64,000 nucleotides of DNA, taken from assembly GCF_001194135.2 (NCBI RefSeq), contig NC_068981.1:192926963-192990962 (forward strand). Reading direction: 5' to 3'. A program made the position numbers and the translations under genes. Below the pieces are notes generated by a model, which saw nothing but the letters and a program-made list of their open reading frames with translations, ran no database searches and was not told where the DNA came from. This DNA is from Octopus bimaculoides. Taxonomy: Eukaryota. Positions 13,245 through 27,837 of the stretch are shown here, in pieces (the first letter of the stretch is position 1; the number at the start of each line of letters is the position of its first letter).

Positions 13245-14369
13245 TGTGTGTGTGTATATATATACATATATATATATACATATATATATATATATCTACT
13301 TCAAGTGTAGGGTATTCCATTAAGTGGTTGCTATAAATATCAATCAACTGGTCCAAACTAAGATATTTTCAGAATCAGACAAAATTCAGGGGAGAACTAG
13401 TTGACACCTCCTGGTTTCAGACTGCTATCACACGTGGAATAAAGAGACAGGCTTCCAAAAGTTCTAATTACAAGATGATTAATCGGAGTCCTTCCATGAA
13501 AGAATATTGGTCAGATGTCTTTGATGGGGTCACTCTGTAAGCTCTATTTAACGCATATAGTCCCATCCCTTTGGAGAAAAATGGTGCATGGTTAGAAGTA
13601 TTGAAAATAGAAGTTAGTACAAAGTTACAAGATTGTGTGAAGTGTTAGGAGGAACTACGGAGACAGAAACAGATATGTAAATGAATGATGTTTCATGGAT
13701 ATGCATTGCTAGGCAAAGGAATGACAACTGATGTGTGTGTGTGTGGTTGCAGACATTTGTAATGGTTAGCTGATAATGTGTAGAGATGTTAAGAACTGGT
13801 AATTTGGTTATGCTTATTAACATGGATAAGTGTGTATATATAAATCGATGTGTGTGCATGCATGTACTTATGTATATATCGTCATCGTTGTCGTCGTTGT
13901 TTAACGTCCGTTTTCCGTGCTGGCATGGGTTGGATGGTTTGACTGAGGTCTGGAAAGCCAGAAGGCTGCACCAAGCTCAATCTGATCTGGCAATGTTTCT
14001 ACAGCTAGATGCCCTTCCTAACACCAACCACTCTGAGAGTGTAGTGGGTGCTTTTTATGTGCCACCGGCACTGGAGCCAGTCAGGCAGTCCTGGCATTGA
14101 TCATGTTTGGATTGTGCTTTTTACATGCCACCAGCACAGGAGCCAGTCAGAGGGTACTGGCATCAACCACGTTCAGATGGTGCTTTTTAAATGTCACTGG
14201 CATGGGAGCCAGTCAGGCGGACCTGGCATTGACCACGTTCGGATGGTGCTTTTAATGTACCACCAGCTCAGAAGGCAGTCAGGGGCACTGGCATCAACCA
14301 CGTTTGGATGGTGCATTTTACATGCCACTGAAACAGGAGCCAGTCAGGGGGCACCGGCCGCAGCTATGA

Positions 14370-14876
14370 TTTTGGTTTTACTTGTATGTTGTTATTCAGT
14401 TTTATTTCATGATTTCTTGCAAATAGAGAAAGAGCCAGTTTCTAATGTAGCTCCAAGGCTCTTTTGTTGGAATTTCAACATCAACTGTGCATTTTTGTCT
14501 GTATATTTGCAGATTTGTGTGTTTTGTTTCATGTATGTCTTCTCATACATATACTTGCGTATCTGGACATGTTCATATATACCTAAGTGATAAACTTGTG
14601 GAAAGTTTTACAAATTTTTATAGTTTCAGTGATAGTTTGGATCTGTAGTCTTCAAATCAGCTTTCTCCTTTCTGATTTTGAGAAGCCTAATTTCTCAAGA
14701 TTGGTATTTAGGCAGCGTGTTACATATCCCAGTGCCCCAATAATTACTGGTATAAATCTGAACCTGTCATCTGAATAGAGTAACTGCAGATTTCTCAATA
14801 GTTCAGCATAGGTGTTCTCTTTCTCACTGCTCTTCAGCTTTATGTTAACATCCACTGGGCAGCTAATTTCCACAAC
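14370..14876 (-). mobile_element. 3' fragment of an R4/NeSL-type RLE non-LTR retrotransposon
   Basis: EISCPVDVNIKLKSSEKENTYAELLRNLQLLYSDDRFRFIPVIIGALGYVTRCLNTNLEKLGF...LI*RLQIQTITETIKICKTFHKFIT* contains the RLE E-x-S-x-P...EK..KY..L...IPVIIGALG motif. A 3'UTR with AATAAA follows. The 5' junction abuts (CATA)n. Confidence 0.8.
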
Positions 14877-15198
14877 TATGTATGTATGTATGTATGTATG
14901 TATGTATGTATGTATGTATGTATGTATGTATGTATGTATGTGTGTGTGTGTGTGTGTGTGTATTTATATATGTACAACTGTGCAACTGAATGAATAGGTG
15001 TATATACATATGGCCAAGTATGAGAGTGAACTTATAATAAGAATTATATGAAAGAAAAGTTTGAAATGAGCAAAAAGGATGAAATAAATTTAATGAATTT
15101 AACTGCAGCAAATTTATATACACATTCCTCTCACTCACTCTGTGAGTGTATGTATGCATGTATATGAATGTGTGTGCCTGTTGGTATACATACATATA

Positions 15199-15247
<49 letters not shown>

Positions 15248-16911
15248 ACACACACGTATATTCAATACAATTTATTGCAACTGTATTTTTCAATGTGTTT
15301 ATTGTACGTGTGGTGTGTGTGTGTGTGTGCATCTCATCATCATCCATGCCTACCACCAACCTCACACATTTATATATATATATATATATATATGGAGAGA
15401 GAGAGAGAAAGAGGGAGATATAGAAAAAGAGGGAGAGATAGAGAAAGAGAGAGAGAAAGCAATATATATATATATACATACACATACACACATATATATA
15501 TAAACACACACACACACACACACACATACACACACTTATACATACACATTCACAGATATATATTAGCTATTCCTTTTAAGTGTGCAGGCACTGATTCTAC
15601 ATGACAGTTCCAGGTACCAAACAGCAGCTCGATCTCTCTCAAACTATGATTTTACATTTTAAAAAAACAAAGGACATGTTGGAAAATGTAGTTCTAGATA
15701 TACAAAAAGACAGGATGGTCATGGTAGGAATTCATTTGATTGCAGATCTGGGACTAAAAACAACAATAACAACAAAAGCAATTGATAAATGGCAAAGTTC
15801 TAGTGACTACCACTCTGAGCTAGGAAGATAGCAAGCTAATGAGGCAGCCAATATGTGGTTATTTGGCCAGCTAGAAATAGCAGTAAAATCTCTATATAAT
15901 CACACCCTACATTTTTAAATAATGAAGGATGTGTTAGATAATGTAAAAACAATGACGCGTACATACACACATACAAAAACATAAATACACTCTCTAACAT
16001 ACAAACATACTCACACTTAGATATTATTCATTAAATATTTAATGAAAGGATTTTAATGGAAATTTTAAAGTATTTTTTGAGATACTCAAGACTGATATCT
16101 TAGAAATGTTGTAATTAAGCTAATAACGATGAATAGTTCTGAACTTTTCAAATGATTAAATTAATAATTGTTTTAAATTTTGGCACAAGGCTAGCAATTT
16201 GAGGGGTGGGGTCAAGTCAATTACATCAACCCCAGTACTTGACTGGTACTTTATTTTACCAACCCTGAAAGGATGAAAGGCAAAGTTGGCTTTGACAGGA
16301 TTTGAACTCAGAATGTAAAGAGCTGGAGGGAATGCTACTAAGCATTTTTCTGATGTTCTAATGATTCTGCCAGCTCATTCCCTTGATGGTTAAATTAATA
16401 ATAAATAACAAAGTAGTATTGTTAAGGTTTCTCTATCAGCTCAACCATCTAGAATACAAGAATATATTATATAATGGAGGAAAGCTTCAGGCAATATCAT
16501 TTTTAATATAATAGGTGAATTATACAAGTTACAGAGTTTAAGATGGTAGCAATTATCAGCATTTTAGATAATTTAGAGTTAGATCTTAAAACAGATCAGA
16601 TGATTTAATAATATCTTTGTCTCCTTCGCCTTTATATCTTTGGTACAGATTGTCATTGTTTGGAAGCAATCAGATTTGCAACAGAAGGACAATTCCAAGT
16701 ATGACAAAGTGCATATTTCAGACTTTAACCTTGCTTATCCTTTTAGACTTTAACCTTTTGCTCTCCTCAAAAATCTTTTGCATTAAAGTCTTACATCTTT
16801 ACTCCTTGACATATGTGAGTATATTTTGACTCGAAGAGTGTAACTTGGCAAAAAAGTAACATTGCAACATTAAATCTTTACGTTATATATTTTATATAAG
16901 ATTTTAAAATG

Positions 16912-19430
16912 TTTTACAACCAGTATCTTGAGCAACATCATAAATAATATTCCTCATTTAGAAAAAATAATAATTCCAGATGACGTTAATGGTTGGGTTA
17001 GTTGTAATTATATACTAGGACTAAAATGTTATAGGCAAAGAGGGCATGTGGAAGTGCAATGCAGATGGCATAATTCTACTTGGAACTAGTGCAGAACATG
17101 ACCAGGAAGTCACCAACACAAATTTTACACAAAACAACCACCATAAGACATTGTAGTACCAAACATTATCTCATCAGTGGTCATAAGGCTATGTTATAGG
17201 TTGTAACTGTACTGGAAACAATTTGAATATCACAAAGGTCTATGTCGATGACTGCTGGGTAAATCATTGGTCTGTATTAAAGCTTAACTCTGAGCAGAAA
17301 CACAGGAACCACAAGCAGATGCATCACAAACATATGTTTCAACCTTCAAAGGGAACAGTTTACAAACATTGACAGAGCATCTTTGAAGCTCACCCTATTC
17401 CAGAAAAGGTACATGAGGACTGGGATCATTTCAATCTGCAACCTCTGAGCTCTGCAAAGAAACAATTGGCTTTACAAACATGAAACACCAGGAATGTCTT
17501 CATTAATCTCCTTCAAGGAAAGATCACTTCTATCATTAATAAATACATTAAAAAATACTGGCAAATAGACAAAATACCCTCCAGTAATAAGAAAACCTAA
17601 TCTGATTTCATTAACAAAACCAACACTCAGGATATAAAACTCAGAATTTCTTCAAATATATTAAACCATTTTACGAACCAATTTATAGAGGTCAGAGTCC
17701 AAAATGATCAAAGAAAGAAACAAAATATTCAAAGCTACAGAAACTAACAATTCCTGGTGTGTAAGCACCAAACAAGATTGTGATTTTAATAAGATTATCA
17801 TCCAAGTTTCAATAACTCAGAGACTCAAGACAGAAGTTAATGTTTTGAAAATTTGGCTTTAAGAAAATTGATACCCTCTATTCAACAAATAATAATAAAA
17901 ATTTACAAGCTGATTCTTACAAACTTAGAGATGTCTTAGTTTGCTTATTATTTTTACACACTGTTTTTTTAATGTTATTACAAACATGAGACATATTCCA
18001 AACCTAGAAGTCAACCATTTTCTACAACAGAAGTGGAGAAAACCACTCTTGCATGTTCAAATATAAAGTTACTCTCTAATAAAATCTCTAAAAAAACCCC
18101 AATGAGAAAGAAAGTAAACAGTTTAAGCTTTATGGAGCCTTATAGCAAAAAACAGTAATTGTATTTCAGTTACATCCCTAAAGCATTGTACAGATACAGC
18201 TTCGTTAATTTTTCTTGCAGAAATGTGCCCTCACAAGCTCTTATGCATTTGCAATTTGATCCCAATATTGAAAATGTTATTCAGCCCTGATCAACAAAAG
18301 AGAGAAATCAATTAGATTGAGGAAGTTAAATGGTCTTGCCCTGATGTCGAAATCCAAATGAGTATTTTTTTTTTTTACTATAATCTCTATCAGAAGATCT
18401 ACATCAGCTTCACTGTACATTGAGCCATCACAGGAAAAAAACAGACATAATCTTTATAGGAGAAATACCAAGAAGAAAATCTATTCCATTATATAAATTT
18501 TATTTAACAAATGTTGTGACACCTTCTGAAACCTTTTATAAGTTTGGTTACTCAGAGAAATATTTTTAAAATCCTGTTTAAAGTGAATAGTCCTGTACTA
18601 TAAGAATTGACACAATGACTGAGATACAATAACACGTTTGACACCTTTGTTGAAAAAAGTAATTAACCAGGATTAAACAAGGTTACGTCATTACTCCAGG
18701 TCTAATCTCTATTTTACTATGTACAATTTTCCCCATGATCTCAGCTTATTTCCTTTTTAGAACTAAGAGAAGCACCTTAAATCAAAATCATGTAAAAACA
18801 CCATCAGTTGTAGTTGAAGAAACATAATATGTTGTTGGTTTTATAGTTGTCTGTGAAAACTCTGCTGTAAATTTATTGTTTTTGGTTCTATTGTAGAAAT
18901 AGATACAAACATTGTGGTAGCTACCATCCAAGTACAAAACAAATGTTTCAGTAAGTAATACCATATTTGATTTAGTTACCTTGGTAGATAAATTCCTTAA
19001 AATATTGATGCATAAATTCAATAGAAGGATTATCTTGGAAAATTAATGATCAGGAAACAACAACCAAAACGAGGATTACTATATATGAAACAGCTGTGAA
19101 GAAACTGAGACTGTGTATTGCAAAAACTATAAAAAAATGAACTTGAAAGTTCTTACCAAAGAAAGATCTTAAATGGATAAAGAGTTACCAATTTTGGTGA
19201 GATTGAAATTAGGCTAACATCATCAAACCCCAAAATATAATAGTGGTAGTGGTAGAGGTTGTCATTGTCTTAATGATGGACAATATTAGACTGCAAAAAT
19301 ACATCTTTTATTTCCATCTACAAATATACCTGAGAATGACTCCAAGAAATGATCTCAATATCAACTCAAATCCTACCTCATGAAGTAAAACATAGGCAGG
19401 GACAGCCACAAGAACATGATAAATATTTAG
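16912..19430 (+). mobile_element. Ancient, heavily decayed near-full-length RTE (BovB-like) LINE fossil
   Basis: Collinear motif relics in order: IPHLEKIIIPDDVNG (~LILLGDFNA); VIGKEGMWKCNADGIILLGTSAEHD..TNTNF (~GVGKCNSNGLLLL..CAEH..TNT.F); ITKV..DCWVNH (~DCWTDH); DWDHF..CKETIGFTNMKHQE; KFGYSEKY (~18540); TRIKQGYVITP (~GVKQGCVLAP, ~18666); LLY.SCEET (~19076); MDNIRLQKYIFY (~19276); KHRQGQP (~19388). Confidence 0.7.
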
Positions 19431-20253
19431 GGATTTGTATAGAGATGAGAAAACATCCAGTATTTTGTGATTGAATTCAAAAACCTTCCATTTGCTAAGA
19501 TGTTAAGAATAGCTGACAATGAAACAATAAAAGCTTACATCTGACCCTCGTGACAAAACGTACAAGTCCCATAAAAATTGAACTTATTCATTCATCTAAA
19601 GATACATAAAGATTTGACATCATATCAAGAGGATATCTTATCAAATATAACCTACTAGATATCATTACATCTTAGAGGATATCTTATACAATAACCAAGT
19701 AAATATACAATATAACATAGTAGATATTTTACACAGCAACAACAAGGGATTCCATGATAAAATATTCAATACAAGAATAATTTCTAATATGATCAGGAAG
19801 GTGATGTGAGTACCATTGATAATACCATTGGTTATCAAGGAGTTTAGTATAGTAAGAAGGATATGGGGGAGGTAGGCTGCAGGTAACTCCATTGGGCAGA
19901 CATTCTTTGTATGAAATACTTTAATGGAATGTTTAGAGACATAGACATACTAGTGTGAGTTGCAATGAGGAGAGCAGCAGGTGCATTGGATAGGTTGAAG
20001 CAGAGGATGAATGTAGCTGAGACTAGTGCAGTAGTGAGAGCAGAGAAGGAGACATTGCAAATTGAAGGGTTAAATAAAAAAAAAAAGATTTATCAAATGT
20101 ATCATTTAGTTTCAGTGATCAATGAAGGTTAATGACATTGGTATGCGAAGAGTACACCAGAGGGAGAATATTAGGAACTTGTAGAACGTGAAGACCTGCA
20201 TAAAGCAGAAGTATTTCTTGGTTCTAATAAAAGAAAAAATCAAGATGTCTAAA

Positions 20254-20486
20254 CCCTCTAGCATTCAGATTACTCAGTCAAATGCAATGCTTATTCATTC
20301 AAATTGTTTTTAATTAATCATACATTATTTTGTAACTTTGAAATTTTACTGAGATGTTTGCTTATTTTTTTGTTTATTTTTAGAACAACATTGTTCGGTA
20401 AGTGTGAAAAGCTGGATCTGGTTAGTTTGAACATAAGACAGATAAAATATTTAGACTGGATACTAGCTGGTTTAAATGCTAAAGGG
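20254..20486. mobile_element. piggyBac-type MITE
   Basis: TAAA-CCCTCTAGCATT ... AATGCTAAAGGG-TTAA: 12-bp TIR with one mismatch and a TTAA-type target site. Confidence 0.75.
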
Positions 20487-21199
20487 TTAATGAATGACTA
20501 AATAATTTAGTGTCAAACATGTAGAAGTTCTTGAGGTTAGAAGCTTGGTTAAAGCTATTTCCCTTCACACACACAGCTTATACTCTTAGGTACAGTGTGA
20601 AGGTGACAACGGCTCCTCTTTAATAATTGCAAGGACACAAGTTTATCAAGAATATGTTTCTAAAAGCACATCCATTTCACCTGACCCGATAAAAAAAAAC
20701 TGTGAAAGGGACATTAAGGTTTGAGCTAAGTGAATTCAGTAAAAAAAAATTTCATAATCTTGTCAGATAATACTGCATCATAATTCTTTACAGTTTCAAG
20801 ACACAATCTCATGGATGCTCTGGGATGCATCATCAGTGATGTTTCTGGGGTCTCATGGGGCTTTGTCTTTCAGCATCAGACTCCATTACCCACTTAACCC
20901 AGCTAGGGCTGATCAAGTCACAGCTTGCATCCCAAGAATACTGTACCAGAATGATGTGCTATAATACAGTATCATAATACTGTACAAAGGAAATTCTGAC
21001 TATGCAAACTTATGATTAAAAGCATTTCAGCCATGACCATCCCATCTTTTTAGGTGTGTACCTAGCTAATGTGTCCTTCATTTTTTAGACAGTGTAATGT
21101 AATTTGAGGAAAATCTGGCTGCTTTTCCTAGCAAGTTGAGTGACCATGAAGTTCCCTAACTAGTTTGAGGGTGTTAATGTGGATGGTGACTGTAGGGTG

Positions 21200-21365
21200 T
21201 AAGTATGGGTTGCAATTGTTGGAAGTGGTTGTGGGTAGTGCATGGGGAAGTGATTGTGAGAAGTGACTGTCAGTATTGGTTGTGGGAAGTAATTGCAGGT
21301 AGTGGTTGTGGGTATTGATTGCAGGTATTAGTTGTGGGAAGTGGTTGTGGGTATGGGTAGTGGGA
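21200..21365 (+). repeat. Degenerate G-rich 12-mer tandem repeat
   Basis: About 13 units resembling GTGGTTGTGGGA / GTGATTGCAGGT. Confidence 0.7.
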
Positions 21366-24300
21366 AGTGTGTGAGGAACTCCAACCCTCCTCCTATACTA
21401 TCTCGGAAGGATCTAAACCTTAACAAACGTTCCTATCATCTTTCACATTCTAATTTACATCGTCTTCCTTTATCCTTTACTTGTTTCAGTCGTTGGTCTG
21501 TGGCCATGTTGGGGCACTGCCTTGTGAACTCTGTTAACATAAAATTGATTTATTGATTTCTTAGAGTGGATCAGGCCACAAATATATAGGGGGTAGGTGG
21601 GAAGAGTTCTGACATTGATAGTACCAGTACATAACTGGTATTGGTACTTTCTTCACTGAACTGGGCGAAATGATATTCAATGTCACCTTTGATTTGAACC
21701 TAACCCCAGAAAGTGAAGACACAGAACTGTATGCTGTAAGGAATTTGATCCAGTGCTCTACAGTTTCTGCTGTTCCACCATATCTAAGAGAATATTGAGC
21801 CATCATTGAGCAAAGCTGTCATCGATTTTTCTCATTACTTTAGTTTTAAAATACAGGTAACTTTCCAACAGAGCACTGTTTCACAAGTTACCATCATCAT
21901 CTTTCAACATCCATTTTCCATGCTGGCATGGCTGGAATGGTTTGATCAGAGCTGGAAAGCTGGAGAGCTGCACCAGACTCTAGTCATCTGTTTTAGTTTG
22001 GTTTCTATGGCTGGATGCCCTTCCTAATGCCAACCATCTCACAGAGTGGACTGGCTACATTTTATGCATCACTGACACAGGTGCTTTTTATGTGGCACTG
22101 GCACAGGCATTTTTCACATGGCACATGTACTTTTTACATGGTACCAGCACAGATGCTTTTAATGTGGCACTAGCACCACATAAAAAATTTCATATATATA
22201 TATTTCATATTTAGAATCATTAAAAGTTAATGGTAACTAAGGATGTCTCAGCCTAAAACTAAACTCTGTACTTAGCAAAATAAATAACAAACATTGTTTA
22301 AATCTCATTTCATTTTTGAAGAAAGGAAATAACTTCCATGCAAAATTGAAAGTATTGCATTCTTCTGTTAAACAATAACTGATGTAAACATAATTACTTT
22401 TAGAACCAAAGTGTTACATACAAAGCCTTGCAAACAGTAATCATCCTCTCAAAGTTGCCTGTTGCTCAAGATTGGCAAAATCTCACAAGTTTCATGTATA
22501 TTTATTTAATTAATTATACCTGATATTGTTAACTAACGAACATTAGCACTGCTGGTTACTGGTTTCTAATGGACCAATCTCAGAGAGGATGATAAGCGAG
22601 TATCTCTAACTCAATACAGGAAAAATATATTAAGGGACTTTATTCATAAAGCACCAGTTTTTTTCAGTTTTGTCGTCTATGCTTGTACCTTTTGATGATA
22701 TACATCAGTAAAAGTTATACATACATACAAGTGTCTTCTACTATGGCGCCAAACCAACTGATACCTTGGCAGTAGCATGTGTGAGACAGAAACTGTACAA
22801 CGATTGTTGTAATGCGTATTATATATCATCATCATCATCGTTTTAGTGTTTACTTTTCCATGCTTGTATGGGGTGAACTGAGTTTAATGAGGCAGATTTT
22901 CTGTCTGGATGCTCTTCCTGTTGTCAACCCTCATCTGTTTCCAAGAGCAAAGTAATATTTGCCTATGGCCAAACATATTTTCACAGACTATTGGAAATGA
23001 GAGACGCACACACACACACACACACATACACACACACGCACACACACACACACGTACACACACACATGTACACACGTACACACACACATGCATGCACACG
23101 TTAGGCTTTCTTCAGTTTTCATCAAGTAAATCCGTTCACAAGTCATTAGTCTGTCTGGAGCTATGGTAGAAGATACTTGCCCAAAGTGCCATTCAGTATG
23201 TTGGGAAGCAAACTTCTTAACCACAAAGCCATACCAGCACCTGTAACATATATATACATGGACACACACACACACACATAGACACATGGACACACATTTG
23301 TGTGTGCTGTGTGCAAATGCATGTTGTGATATTTCACTTGTTACCAAATGGTGCTGATGCTTCCGTTTGTTGTGGACCTTTTAATCAGTCACTCGGCCCT
23401 TTTTCGGCCCTTTCAAAGACATGTGTGATAACAATCCCTTTCTTGAAAAATAGGTGAGGGTTGGCAACAGGAAGAGGATTATCTGGCCATACAACCCTGC
23501 CTCAAAATCAATTACTATCCATGATATTCAAACATGGAAAAATGTATGTTAAACAAAGGATTGACTCATCATCATCATGGTTTAGCGTCTGTTTCCCATG
23601 CTGGCATGGGTTAGAGAGTTTGACTGGAACTGGTAAGCTGGAGAGCTGTGCCAGGCTCTGGTTTGTTTTGGCTTGGCTTCTACGGCTGGATGCCCTTCCT
23701 AACACCAACCCCTCCACAGAATGTAGAGTGTGCCTTTTACACATCACCAGCACTGCTATGACTATGATTTCACTTGGTTTGACAAGTCTTCTCAAACACA
23801 GTAAATCACCAAAGTTACTGAAGAAAATATGGAATACTTCAGGAACCGACATGTTACCCTTGTGCAGGGCCATGTTAATCTTCTGTGTTCTAATTTTAAA
23901 ATATGTACAGCTGAAGATATATATATATATATCATCATAATCCTTATCCACACAACGGATTGACAGAATTTACTTCTTCTGGACTCCACTGACAAGGTAT
24001 TGGCTAATATGAGCCTAAAGTAGAAAATGAATGCCCATGATGTGGGATCAAACTCATATCCAACTTGTTGCAAAACAAAACTTCTTACCTACACAATTAT
24101 GCCCACAGATAGAATCTACCCCTGAACAAACTTGAAGTTGACTGGGGCAGAATTTGAACTCGTAACACTGAGGGACACAAGTAAATACTGTATGGTATTT
24201 AGTCTAACACTACAATGCCACTTTCTCTTCAAAAAACAGTTATGGACCAAGTAATGGGTAATTTGGAATTTGAAGAATAAAATAAAATAAATTGTAATAA

Positions 24301-25091
24301 ATTATTATATTTATGCAGATCTTATATCAAAAGTTTCAGTGTGTGATAACTACATGGATAAAAAGCAAGGATGGAGAAGCTGTTTGCAAAGTGTTACAAT
24401 TGATGGAGTTAGTAAAAGCCTACAAGTTAGCTGAGAAATGATGAGATCATGAAAGGGAAATTTTCTCTAATGTTACATACATACTACAATTACTTTATAT
24501 ATATATATATATATATATNNNNNNNNNNNNNNNNNNNNNNNNNNNNNNNNNNNNNNNNNNNTGTATGTATGTATGTATGTATGTTTTTTATATAGGTTTT
24601 AAATGAAGGAGTATTTCAGATTTTGCCTGCAAAAGAATCAAGGAATTAAAAGTAAGAGAATAATATCTAGCTATTATCAATAGATGGGATAGTATATATG
24701 TAGTTAAATTAATTGCATTAAGTGAATGTCTTAACATTTAAATTAATACAATAAATAGTGTTGAAGTTGTAAATATGTAACAATGATTTCTTAATTGAAA
24801 GACATCAGGGTATGTGTCTATATATATATATACTTATATGCATATAAAAGAATAATCTGCTTCTTTAATCTTTTCCTAGGTAATTATTAGTGGAAGTCAT
24901 TAGAGTTAAAACATATAACTAAGAAATTAAGATCATACATACTTTAAATAGCAGATTTATTAAGGAGCCTTTAGAAATTCTCTTTCCACTTAAACTGTGG
25001 ATTTACCATGGTACCTATTCACACACACTGGAACTAAATACATTCCTATTAAATTTCTTCATGTAAATTCATCTCAGTGCTTTAGTGAGTT

Positions 25092-25122
<31 letters not shown>

Positions 25123-26923
25123 GACTTTACCCTTAATAAATTTAACTATTTCTGAAGATTTTCATCTTTATCCTGGCCTTTAATCTTTCTCAGATATAGA
25201 TTATAAACTCTTATATTCTTGTTCCCCACCCCAACCAGCTCACAAAAATATTTGTATTTTAAAGTATAAAAAAATAATATTAATATCTCTTATTAATTAA
25301 CTTCTGAAGTTAATGAAGGCTATCATATCACTAAACTATTTTCCGAAAAACATTTCAAGCAAACAGGATGGACCTACCTTACTGGGTTTATCCATCTTGC
25401 CAGACTTACTAGTTCAGTAGGCCCAACCCTTTTCATGCCCCATGTACCTTTAGAAAATGTGCGATTAATTTTCACCCTCACTCTAATAATATCACAGTTG
25501 AAGATAGAAAAGTCAATTTTCTAATGACCAATTTTTTTTTTTTTGTGATAATTGAACCACTTACTTCGCAGAACAGATATTTTGAAGAGTTATTTTTCAT
25601 TTTTCTATCTTTTTTAGTCAGGAAGGAGGGCAGTGCTTACAGTCCTTTACAGGGCACCTGAGGCTAGTGAAAAGGAAAGAGGGAGAGAAGAAGAGAGGTA
25701 TCCGCAAACCAAAATGCCCGCACCTGAGTAGACTCTGTTAAAGGCATCCAAAGTGCCAGGTGATAGTATAAGCCAGTCTACTACTTAAGTAGATCATGAC
25801 AGGATTTGAACTCCAGATGCAAAGAGCTGGAACATATACAGGCAACTCATTCAAGTTGATGGTCTTTCAGTTCTGCCAATCCACTGTATTAAGTTGGTAC
25901 TTTTTTTTTTATTGACCCTCAAAAGAATCAAAAACAAAGTTTCCTGCAGTAGGATTTAAACTTAGACAGCAGAGGGTCAGAACAAAGACCATAAGGCATT
26001 CTGTCCAGTGCTCTAACGACTTTGCCAATTTGCCACCTTAAAGTTAATAATTATATTATGAAAAGCAATTTGAAAAGCCAACTCATATTCCAAGAAATGT
26101 GGAGACCCCAGGTCAGGAAACCCAGAACTAGATCTGGAACTCACTCACTCTATATGTATATTGTGATTGTTTTGCTCCCAGGTCAATCTTGACATGATCA
26201 AAGATGTTCCAGTTGTTATAATCTCATCTTGTGTTTGTTTATTTTTTCATACATATTATCTACCTTATCATCTGTCTTTATGTGTTAAAGATGACAGATT
26301 GTGATTTGAGGGAGATTTGGTTGCTATTTCTATTAGGTTAGATCAAGTAATCATGTAGAGGCCACCTCATTGATTTATAGGTGTGAATGTAAACCTCAAA
26401 GATGGTTTCTAGAAAGTGTTGCAAATTATTGATTTTTAATTAATGTATCTTGCTACTGAAATATTTAATTAATGACAGCTCAACACAGAGATGTTAATTC
26501 ATGCTTTACATAATTAAATACTGAATTATTAATTCATAAATAATGTGTTGATAATATGCGCCACCATTGTGAGTTTATAATATGAACTCCAGAATGCTGA
26601 CAGCAAGAGAACTCAACTATTAATGAACAGGCCTTTATACAGTCACTAGGTCTGCTGGATATAACAGCTAAATTCCCTCAAATGATGCCTTATTTTCTTA
26701 AACAAGGGCATGTTGTAATGTGTAGCACTAAAAAGATTCAAGGATCACAACAGGAACACCTTTCTGCTCAATCACGACTGACCTTGGGTTAAAAAGCAAC
26801 AACAATTCATTGATTAAATTAAGAATTGAAAAAAAAAAAGTATTCCATATATATATGTGTATATATATGCATATATATATACATACATATATATATATAT
26901 ATACACATACATGTATGCACATT

Positions 26924-26971
<48 letters not shown>

Positions 26972-27477
26972 CATATATAGATATATATATATGCTCACAT
27001 ACATATATGTATGGACACACAAGTGTGCATGTGTGCATATATAGATCACACACACACACACATACATATTTGGCAAAGGTATTTTCTGACAATTATCCAC
27101 TCATACAAGCAAACATAATCACCAAACTAAGACCCTCTCTATTTAAAACAAAGAAATCACTAAATTAAGACTCATCTATCTATAACATTCACCATGCTAT
27201 GAAACTGAGATTTCTTCTACCTGTAACATTCACCATCCTATAACACTAACAGCAGAACTGAAGTGTTAGTCTAATTTATGCAGTATAAATACTAAACGGA
27301 ATAACTTATCAAATCCATTTGATTTAATGTCTTGTGTGGCAGTAGCAATTGAGCTTACTATGGATTGAGCAGCTACTCATTTACTATACTGTACTAAAAT
27401 AGAATCGGTCACATATATATATGCATATATATATATATATATATATATANNNNNNNNNNNNNNATATACATATATAT

Positions 27478-27508
<31 letters not shown>

Positions 27509-27547
27509 TACATATATATATACATATATACATATATATATACATAT

Positions 27548-27595
<48 letters not shown>

Positions 27596-27837
27596 TTATA
27601 TATATATATGTGCAAAATAACTAATATGTAGGAAAAGGTCAGATCTGCCACAAATACAATATCTATCTATCTCTATTTATCTATCTATCTATCTATCTAT
27701 CTCTCCATCTACACATACATATACACACACACACGCATATATATATATATATATATATATATACAGGCATGTGTGGGCATGTGTATGTATGGTATGAAGA
27801 TATTAATCAGAAAGAGAATCAATAACTACTAAAAGAT

